From the NCBI GenBank assembly GCA_038065395.1, contig JBBTRB010000007.1, positions 1 to 45,564 of the forward strand: a DNA stretch of 45,564 bases, written 5' to 3'. Position 1 is the stretch's first letter; each line of letters starts with the position of its first letter. The position numbers and the translations under genes were made by a program. Of the stretch, positions 28,440 through 35,233 are shown one piece after another. Below the pieces are notes generated by a model, which saw only the letters and a program-made list of their open reading frames with translations, ran no database searches and was not told the origin of the DNA. The DNA is from Patescibacteria group bacterium. GTDB taxonomy: Bacteria; Patescibacteriota; Minisyncoccia; Phycocordibacterales; PALSA-1337.

Positions 28440-28592
28440 GCTTGCTATTAGACAGGAGTTTGCATATGATTGAATCGTCCATTGATAACAAAATAAGAAC
28501 ACCAACACGCCACCTCTTGAGTATCTGAATCATCGGATTTTCAAGAGGTGAGCGCGGGGAGGCTTTTTCTAAGATTGTGATAAAATATGTCC

Positions 28593-28676
28593 ATGAAGCT
28601 GACGTGGTACGATAATGAACTAGGGTATACGCACACTCTAGTCGAACACGTAATCAAAGCTGGCCGCCTAATATAA
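28593..28676 (+). other. Second copy of the gap 3' end, open micro-ORF MKLTWYDNELGYTHTLVEHVIKAGRLI
   Basis: 20/23 aa and 51/72 nt identical to gap 27926-27997. Confidence 0.9.
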
Positions 28677-28680
28677 AATT

Positions 28681-28845
28681 ATGAAAACTCTCATTACTAC
28701 CCTAATTCTAGTAGTCGTAATCTTGGCCGCAACCTTCCTTCCAATTTATAATGGTAAGGTCGGAGGTTGCGGGGTAGCTGGAGGTGGATGCTGGAATTAT
28801 AAGTTGAATCTTATTGAGTACATTAAATATAAGAATCAGCAATGA
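28681..28845 (+). CDS. 54-aa secreted or membrane micro-protein (cargo 2)
   Basis: MKTLITTLILVVVILAATFLPIYNGKVGGCGVAGGGCWNYKLNLIEYIKYKNQQ; hydrophobic leader and a Cys pair. Confidence 0.65.
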   Translation: MKTLITTLILVVVILAATFLPIYNGKVGGCGVAGGGCWNYKLNLIEYIKYKNQQ

Positions 28846-28919
28846 GTTGGTACGATAACGAGATGGGGTATGCGCATACGCTCGTGAGACATGTTATTGA
28901 GGCAGGTAGATTAGTGTAG
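28842..28919 (+). other. Third copy of the gap 3' end, open micro-ORF MSWYDNEMGYAHTLVRHVIEAGRLV
   Basis: 19/23 aa and 57/72 nt identical to the gap tail. Confidence 0.9.
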
Positions 28920-29039
28920 AAACCTCGGTTCACAGCCATCCAATTGATCTGAATCAATCTCCCGGGATCCTTCTATTGACTCTCGTACAAAAATAGTGTA
29001 TGGTGTTTTTGGAACGTTCTCAACAAAACACTGTATCCT

Positions 29040-29591
29040 ATGAAGAAAAAACTGTCTCGTAAGGTCACTCCCGTTACCCCAAGTAACGGCAAGCAGTTCT
29101 CGCAGTCACTCGACGCACTTTTCCGTGCTCGCACTCCGGTAGATGTGCATGATGTGCTCAGGACATGTTTGAATCGGGCGAATACATTGACTCTGATAAG
29201 GGCTCTCTATTCGTGGGTTGTTACGCCACATGGCCTGTCAGTATGTGACCTCAGTCAGTCCGAGTTCGTGCATACTCAGGTCATGAATAGATGGCAGGAC
29301 ATGGTCGAGTGCGAACTGGTTCGCATCAGAAATTCTGACAAACTGATGTCTGATTGGACTGTCTGGCGAGCTCTCCATGAACTCTCTCCGGCGGCAACCG
29401 ATCAGGGCAAATACATCCAGAACATCTGGGACAGTTTCTATTCATCGGGCACTCTATGCGCTCGAGCCCCACGTATCTACTACGACAGGTGCGGTATGGG
29501 GGATCCAGATTTTTACCCGCTGGTTCACGACGAAGTGCTCGCTCATCCGAGCAGATCTCAAGTTATGGAGCAGGTGGGCATTGCTGCGTGA
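29040..29591 (+). CDS. Hypothetical protein ending in -IAA
   Basis: Own TTGACT/TATGGT promoter and a downstream terminator. Confidence 0.65.
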   Translation: MKKKLSRKVTPVTPSNGKQFSQSLDALFRARTPVDVHDVLRTCLNRANTLTLIRALYSWVVTPHGLSVCDLSQSEFVHTQVMNRWQDMVECELVRIRNSDKLMSDWTVWRALHELSPAATDQGKYIQNIWDSFYSSGTLCARAPRIYYDRCGMGDPDFYPLVHDEVLAHPSRSQVMEQVGIAA

Positions 29592-29607
29592 TGTCCTCAT
29601 TATTTCA

Positions 29608-29639
29608 CCCCGGTGCGTCGATCGCATCGGGGCTTTTTT
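29608..29639 (+). terminator. Intrinsic terminator
   Basis: CCCGGTGCG/CGCATCGGG stem followed by a T run. Confidence 0.7.
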
Positions 29640-29720
29640 ATACCACGCTAGACAACTACTTTTAGTTAGCTATACTTATGACACCTGCCAGAACAATTAT
29701 TTAGTTAATTATTCCTCACT

Positions 29721-30038
29721 ATGTCCACAATAACCCTAAAAAATGTTCCAACCAATCAAAGAATCGATGAGCTTACCGAGATCATGCTACGCGAGTTCGA
29801 TAAGGTATATGACAAATTTACTGATATAGACAGGAGGTTCGATCGTTTGGAGACGAGATTTGATGCTCTAGAAAAGAAGATAGACAAAAAATTTGATCTT
29901 ATTGATAAAAAGTTCGACCTCATAGACAAAAAGTTCGAGCTCATTGATAAAAAGTTTGATAGTATGGACAAGAAATTCGATCTGATTGCAGAGAACCTCG
30001 GATTAGTTCTCAACCACCTCAACATACAGCCAAAATAG
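29721..30038 (+). CDS. Small coiled-coil protein with DKKFDLI heptad repeats
   Basis: About 5 tandem (I/M)DKKF(D/E)x heptads. Confidence 0.75.
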   Translation: MSTITLKNVPTNQRIDELTEIMLREFDKVYDKFTDIDRRFDRLETRFDALEKKIDKKFDLIDKKFDLIDKKFELIDKKFDSMDKKFDLIAENLGLVLNHLNIQPK

Positions 30039-30052
30039 GGTATAATGTTCCC

Positions 30053-30514
30053 ATGAACACACAGACGATCATCCTCGCTTCCGACCATGCCGGGTTCAAG
30101 CTCAAAGAATCCATCAAATCTTTTTTGGAAAATAAGGGACTGAGTGTTATCGATGTTGGCGCACATACCCTCGTCGAAGGGGACGACTATCCTACCTATA
30201 TGGCAGATGCAGCCATGAAAGTGGCTCGTGACATCGCAGGGAATACTCGTGCCATCATCTTTGGTGGTTCGGGACAAGGTGAGGCCATGGTCGCCAATCG
30301 TTTCCCGGGAGTACGTGCAACCGTCTGGTATGGAGGGACAGATGAGATTATCAAACTCTCTCGCGAACACAACAACGCCAACATCCTCTCTATCGGTGCG
30401 CGGTTCGTGGACGAAAAGCAGGCAACTGAAGCTGTCGAACTGTGGCTCAGTACACCTTTTAGTGGAGATGAGCGTCATGAGAGGAGGAATAGTCAGATAG
30501 ATAGTATTGAGTAA
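30053..30514 (+). CDS. rpiB: Ribose-5-phosphate isomerase B
   Basis: ASDHAG, DDYP, GGSGQGE, REHNNAN, RHERR. Confidence 0.95.
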   Translation: MNTQTIILASDHAGFKLKESIKSFLENKGLSVIDVGAHTLVEGDDYPTYMADAAMKVARDIAGNTRAIIFGGSGQGEAMVANRFPGVRATVWYGGTDEIIKLSREHNNANILSIGARFVDEKQATEAVELWLSTPFSGDERHERRNSQIDSIE

Positions 30515-30515
30515 T

Positions 30516-31196
30516 ATGAAAATCGAAATAATACCCGCAGTACTACCGAAAGACTTCTTCGAACTCAAAGACAAACTTGAGCTCATCAAAGATGTTGCAA
30601 AGACAGCACAGATAGATGTCTGTGATGGACAGTTCGTCCCGACCGCAACCTGGCCATACAAAAGACAGGATGATAGTTATGAGAAGATCCTCCGTGAAGA
30701 AGACGGCTTGCCAGGATGGGAGAAGCTCCTGTTCGAGATCGACCTCATGGTCAACTACCCGGAGCGCATCGTCGAAGAATGGGTGACCGCTGGTGCGACT
30801 CGCATCATCATTCATGTGGAGGCAAAAGGTGACGTGGCCGAGGCTATACGTATCCTCAAAGACCGCGTAGAGATAGGACTTGCACTCGGTATGCAGACAC
30901 CGATCGAGGCGATCGTACCATATATCGGCGACATCGCCTCTGTACAGCTCATGGGTATAGACCATATCGGACTCCAGGGACAAGCTTTCGATATCAAGGT
31001 TGTGGACAAGGTGAGAGCCATAAGGGCGGCGTACCCAGATCTCATGATATCTGTTGATGGGGGAGTATCACTCGAGACGGCTGCACTGCTCGTAGAGGCT
31101 GGAGTGAACCGTTTGGTCGTGGGCTCGGCTATTTTCAATAGTGACAACCCAATAGAAGCAGTTGCAAAGTTCAAGAAGCTGAATAGACAAGATTAA
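30516..31196 (+). CDS. rpe: Ribulose-phosphate 3-epimerase family protein
   Basis: IDVCDGQFVP, IIHVE, SVDGG, VVGSAIF; gene context. Confidence 0.85.
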   Translation: MKIEIIPAVLPKDFFELKDKLELIKDVAKTAQIDVCDGQFVPTATWPYKRQDDSYEKILREEDGLPGWEKLLFEIDLMVNYPERIVEEWVTAGATRIIIHVEAKGDVAEAIRILKDRVEIGLALGMQTPIEAIVPYIGDIASVQLMGIDHIGLQGQAFDIKVVDKVRAIRAAYPDLMISVDGGVSLETAALLVEAGVNRLVVGSAIFNSDNPIEAVAKFKKLNRQD

Positions 31197-31202
31197 TTAA
31201 CA

Positions 31203-31252
31203 CGCAGATCCCCGCCGGAGCCTGTCCCCGGTCTGAGGGGGCGGGGATGACA
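31203..31252. repeat. Expanded REP-like palindrome
   Basis: CGCAGATCCCCGCC-GGAGCCTGTCCCCGGTCTGAGGG-GGCGGGGATGACA; 45/49 identical to the reverse complement of 37364-37412. Confidence 0.85.
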
Positions 31253-31278
31253 TGAAGAGGGTGTGTTATAATTTCTAC

Positions 31279-32160
31279 ATGTCTCTCACTGATGCAAAAG
31301 TATCACTCCTCGAAAAGAAAGCCCTCGACATACGACGTTCGATCATCGAATCTCTGATCGAAGCCAAGAGTGGTCACACTGCAGGGCCACTCGGTATGAC
31401 GGATATTTTCACCTACCTCTATTTCCATGCCATGAAGCATGATCCACAGAAGCCAGGCTGGGAGTATCGCGATCGCATCATCCTCTCCAACGGTCATATC
31501 TGTCCGGTCTTGTATGCCACTATGGCGCATGCAGGATATTTCCCTGTTGAGAAACTACAGACTCTGCGCAAATTCGGTTCAATACTCCAAGGTCATCCAC
31601 ATCGAGACTTCTTGCCGGCACTGGAGACTTCTTCGGGGCCACTGGGCTCGGGACTTTCTCAGACCGTAGGTATGGCACTTGCCGATCGTATCGACAACGG
31701 TCGCACCTCGGGCAAGCAGTTCTTCTGCATGATGAGTGATGGTGAGCTCGATGCAGGCAACAGTTGGGAAGGTGCGATGCTTGCCGGCAAAGAGAAGCTT
31801 CAGAATCTCACTGCCATCATCGACCGCAATAATATCCAGATCGACGGATTCACCGAAGATATCATGCCACTCAATCCACTCGTCGACAAATGGCGAGCGT
31901 GGAATTGGCATGTGGTCGAGTGTGACGGACACAATTTCCAGGATATCGACCGTGCAGTCGGAGAAGCGCGAGCGGTCTTCGACAAGCCGTCAGTCATCAT
32001 CGCCTACACGATCCCGTCCAAAGGAATTCCTGAATTCGAACGTCAGTTCGAATGGCATGGCAAACCACCGACTACGCCACAAGAGATCGAGACTGCGCGC
32101 AATGCACTCAAGAATGTCAGGACGATGGGTGGCAAAGTCGAGGCGGGGCATTCAAATTAA
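31279..32160 (+). CDS. Transketolase, N-terminal (TPP-binding) subunit
   Basis: SGH, DRIILSNGH, LQGHP, SSGPLGSG, SDGELDAG. Confidence 0.95.
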   Translation: MSLTDAKVSLLEKKALDIRRSIIESLIEAKSGHTAGPLGMTDIFTYLYFHAMKHDPQKPGWEYRDRIILSNGHICPVLYATMAHAGYFPVEKLQTLRKFGSILQGHPHRDFLPALETSSGPLGSGLSQTVGMALADRIDNGRTSGKQFFCMMSDGELDAGNSWEGAMLAGKEKLQNLTAIIDRNNIQIDGFTEDIMPLNPLVDKWRAWNWHVVECDGHNFQDIDRAVGEARAVFDKPSVIIAYTIPSKGIPEFERQFEWHGKPPTTPQEIETARNALKNVRTMGGKVEAGHSN

Positions 32161-32195
32161 AGCAAAAGTTAAAAAGCAATAAGCAAAAATAAAAC

Positions 32196-32474
32196 ATGCG
32201 ATACTTCGAAATATTTCTCAAAATTGCATTCGTCGGACAGATCATCACCTTTTTCAAACCTCTGTTCTACGAAAACACCGCATTTCTCTTTTTCATTGAG
32301 ACCTCATTTATGCTCGGCATTGTATTGTTGCTCAACAAAAAACAGAGTTATGGATACCGCCTTACCCAAAGAGATCTCGTTATCAGGAGGATCGAAGGGG
32401 TGTTGCTGGTCATCTTTGCGGTACTGATGGTTTTTACGTTGAATCAGCTTACGAATAATTTAATATCTAATTAA
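32196..32474 (+). CDS. Small 3-TM hypothetical protein
   Basis: 92 aa, hydrophobic, between the transketolase halves. Confidence 0.6.
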   Translation: MRYFEIFLKIAFVGQIITFFKPLFYENTAFLFFIETSFMLGIVLLLNKKQSYGYRLTQRDLVIRRIEGVLLVIFAVLMVFTLNQLTNNLISN

Positions 32475-32478
32475 ACAT

Positions 32479-32757
32479 ATGCCTACATATAGAAAATATA
32501 GGTACATCTTGACTGCTCTCCTTATTCTAGTTACCCCTCCTTTTTTGCCGTATGTGATCGAATTTAATCCTCGTAATAATGCAGAAATCTTTGGAATATT
32601 ATGGCTCTGGATCGTGGGTCTCCTGATTTCAATTTTTCTCACTGTCCGTAGTTTTAAAACCCATACGGCCAAGGTCATCTCAATAATTATCGGTGTACTC
32701 GACGTTATGTTAATTTGTTGGATTCTATTTGGAATGTTGATTGCGTCATCTATTTAA
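32479..32757 (+). CDS. Small 3-TM hypothetical protein (AT-rich)
   Basis: 92 aa, hydrophobic. Confidence 0.6.
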   Translation: MPTYRKYRYILTALLILVTPPFLPYVIEFNPRNNAEIFGILWLWIVGLLISIFLTVRSFKTHTAKVISIIIGVLDVMLICWILFGMLIASSI

Positions 32758-32764
32758 AAACTAT

Positions 32765-33829
32765 ATGCTCAATCCCTCACTAAAACTTAACGAAAAAATG
32801 TTTGACGCTGATGTCGAGCAGGTGCCGATCCGCAAAGGGTTCGGTGAAGGATTTCTCAAGGCTGCCGAGGCCGACAAAAATGTAGTGGGGCTATGCGCAG
32901 ACCTGACCGAGTCGACACAGATGCTCAAGTTCAAAGAGAAATTCCCTGAGCGATTCATCGAGATCGGTGTAGCAGAACAAAATCTAGCAACAGTTGCATC
33001 TGGTATGGCGGCCATGGGCAAAATCCCTTTCATGACGTCGTATGCCATGTTTAGTCCAGGACGCAACTGGGAACAGATCCGCACGACCATTTGTTACAAC
33101 AATAGACCGGTCAAGATCGTCGGTTCACACGCAGGTATCTCTGTAGGACCAGATGGAGGCACACATCAGGCTATCGAAGACATCGCTATTATGCGCGTGA
33201 TACCACGTATGGTTGTGATCTGTCCGTGTGATGCGATCGAAGCCAAGAAGGCAACTCTGGCTGCAGCGAAGACCGATCAGCCGACCTATATCCGTCTGGC
33301 TCGCGAAAAGACGCCGATCATGACAACAGAGGATACACCGTTTGAGATAGGGAAAGCGCAGATGATATTCGATTCCCGCCTTCGCCAAGGCTACGACGGG
33401 CAAGCAAGATCAAGAGTGGGGACAAGGGACAAGGAGCAAGGAAAAAAAGAGACGCCACTCGATGTTGGGATCATTGCTTCGGGTGCGTTGCTCCACAAGG
33501 CTCTCAAGGTGGCACATGAACTCGATAGTCATGGCAAGAAGGTTGCAGTGCTCAACTTGGCGACGATCAAGCCACTCGACGAACATGCCATCATCAAACT
33601 CGCTCATGAAGCCGGTGCGATCGTCACGGTAGAAGAGCATCAGGTCGCAGGTGGTGTGGGTTCGGCTGTGGCAGAATGTCTGGCATCGCACTACGCAGTA
33701 CCGATAGAGTTCGTCGGAGTACAAGACCAGTTCGGCCAGTCAGGCAAACCAGATGAGCTCATCGAACACTATGGTATGGGGGAGAAGCATATCAAAGAGG
33801 CGGTACATAAGGTGCTATTGAGGAAATAA
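32765..33829 (+). CDS. Transketolase, C-terminal subunit, with in-frame repeat insertion
   Basis: ADLTES, GVAEQN, GPDGGTHQ, TIKPLD, VEEH. Confidence 0.95.
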   Translation: MLNPSLKLNEKMFDADVEQVPIRKGFGEGFLKAAEADKNVVGLCADLTESTQMLKFKEKFPERFIEIGVAEQNLATVASGMAAMGKIPFMTSYAMFSPGRNWEQIRTTICYNNRPVKIVGSHAGISVGPDGGTHQAIEDIAIMRVIPRMVVICPCDAIEAKKATLAAAKTDQPTYIRLAREKTPIMTTEDTPFEIGKAQMIFDSRLRQGYDGQARSRVGTRDKEQGKKETPLDVGIIASGALLHKALKVAHELDSHGKKVAVLNLATIKPLDEHAIIKLAHEAGAIVTVEEHQVAGGVGSAVAECLASHYAVPIEFVGVQDQFGQSGKPDELIEHYGMGEKHIKEAVHKVLLRK

Positions 33830-33867
33830 AAAACTCCTTGACCGCCGCTGGGCTTTGGTCAAGGAGT
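33828..33867. terminator. Hairpin terminator between convergent genes
   Basis: ACTCCTTGACC/GGTCAAGGAGT with an A run on the left. Confidence 0.7.
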
Positions 33868-33875
33868 GGTGGTTG

Positions 33876-34445
33876 CTAACTTTGTGCAGCTGCGATCGCT
33901 TGATCTACAATGTTCATGGCATCATGGAGAGATCCTGGAAAAGAAGAATCTTTTGTATCCAGGCGTACCTCGTGTACTTGGGGGAGTACCAAGCCCTCAT
34001 TCCACCATACGTAGTGGCTCAAGGGTAACAGTTTTGAGTCACCCCCTTGTCTCACTGCGTCTTCTTCTAGTTGTCTCCGAGCCTCCTTCTCGACTGCTTC
34101 CTGAGCACTTTCGATGGAGATATGCGCCTCGGTGTTCTTGTGCCGAAGTACTGCATCCCAAGGAAGCTCGAATGATTCGCAATCCCGTCCGCCGGTGAAA
34201 TACGAAGACACCGAATGGTTGGCGATAATGAGTGCATCTCGCATATTGCTTTCAAAGAAGGCCTCGTAGCCTCTTTCGAATAGTTTGGAGACTACGACGA
34301 TTACGTATCCGGCCACTCTTCCTCCTTGGAATCGAAAAGCGAAGACAAGGGCATCCTGCTCCTCGTCGAAGGGGTCATGTGAACGTTTGGTAATACTGCG
34401 AAAGTAACCAACGTCACAGGGTTTCGTTACTGTCAGCTCTTCCAT
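33876..34445 (-). CDS. Hypothetical protein
   Basis: Long ORF with a TTGACT-18-TATAAT promoter; start placed at MEELT. Confidence 0.65.
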   Translation of the reverse strand: MEELTVTKPCDVGYFRSITKRSHDPFDEEQDALVFAFRFQGGRVAGYVIVVVSKLFERGYEAFFESNMRDALIIANHSVSSYFTGGRDCESFELPWDAVLRHKNTEAHISIESAQEAVEKEARRQLEEDAVRQGGDSKLLPLSHYVWWNEGLVLPQVHEVRLDTKDSSFPGSLHDAMNIVDQAIAAAQS

Positions 34446-34512
34446 AGAATGTGTGGTGTGTTGAGGTTTTAGTTTGAAAACGGCGTAAGTCAACTGAATA
34501 GATGACATACTC

Positions 34513-34550
34513 TGGTGTATATTATACACCATAACACGGTACTTAGTCAA
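34513..34550 (-). promoter_or_regulatory. Sigma70 promoter with a palindromic operator over the -10 box
   Basis: TTGACT (34550-34545), TATAAT (34526-34521); palindrome TGGTGTATA-T-TATACACCA. Confidence 0.6.
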
Positions 34551-34558
34551 TGGCATAT

Positions 34559-34589
34559 AAAAAAGCGCACCTATGGGGATAGGTGCGCT
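34559..34589 (-). terminator. Intrinsic terminator
   Basis: AGCGCACCT/AGGTGCGCT stem with a T run on the minus strand. Confidence 0.7.
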
Positions 34590-34608
34590 CCTGACGAACG
34601 TGTACTGA

Positions 34609-35160
34609 TCAAGCTGCTTGGAGGCTCGGGATACCCTTGGTCAGTTCAGGATGATCTCGTAAGAAGCGTCCAGCTTTCTTCCAGAGTCGATTATAAAGAG
34701 TAGTCCAACTGGCATCCATAAGACACTTCTGATTGCCTGTGTGCACAACATGACAACAACCAAAGCCAGCGGCCTCTTTGTAGGTTAGCTCGAAAATCTT
34801 GAGCGCCTCATCAAAATCTCTTTCTGGCACAGCTCTTGCAAAGAGACATCCGCATGAAGAGCTGATATGGAAGCTGGATGATAACAAAGAAGAAGTCACA
34901 GGTTTTTTCCTTTTGATAAGGAACCTAATACCTACAATGATTTCGTCGCATGCCTGTAGAATCAATGCGGGTTTTTCTTCCGATGTTATCCATCTTAATA
35001 ACATGAAATTCTTCATCCAGTAGAGGGTTTCTGGTACCCTTACACCAGATAGATGTCTTCGCAAAGGAGCTTCCCATTTTGGTCTCCGCTGCTTGGTTTT
35101 GACAGAGGCTTTCTTGACCTGTATGTGAGCACTAGACCGACCTTTTCCAATTGTTTTCAT
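34609..35160 (-). CDS. Basic hypothetical protein ending in -QAA
   Basis: 183-aa ORF with a terminator downstream. Confidence 0.6.
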   Translation of the reverse strand: MKTIGKGRSSAHIQVKKASVKTKQRRPKWEAPLRRHLSGVRVPETLYWMKNFMLLRWITSEEKPALILQACDEIIVGIRFLIKRKKPVTSSLLSSSFHISSSCGCLFARAVPERDFDEALKIFELTYKEAAGFGCCHVVHTGNQKCLMDASWTTLYNRLWKKAGRFLRDHPELTKGIPSLQAA

Positions 35161-35233
35161 CGAACATTCTTTCGTTAGAAGTTGAATTTTCTGTAAAAGA
35201 AGGTATCATGGTAATTCACTCGCGTCAAGATAT

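Noticed and set aside
27926-28919. CRISPR array or DGR template/variable repeats
   Set aside because: The repeats are codon-degenerate gene tails with gene-sized spacers; differences are not adenine-specific; no cas or reverse transcriptase gene is present.
29756-30661. 301-aa minus-strand ORF
   Set aside because: Antisense shadow of the heptad protein, rpiB and rpe.
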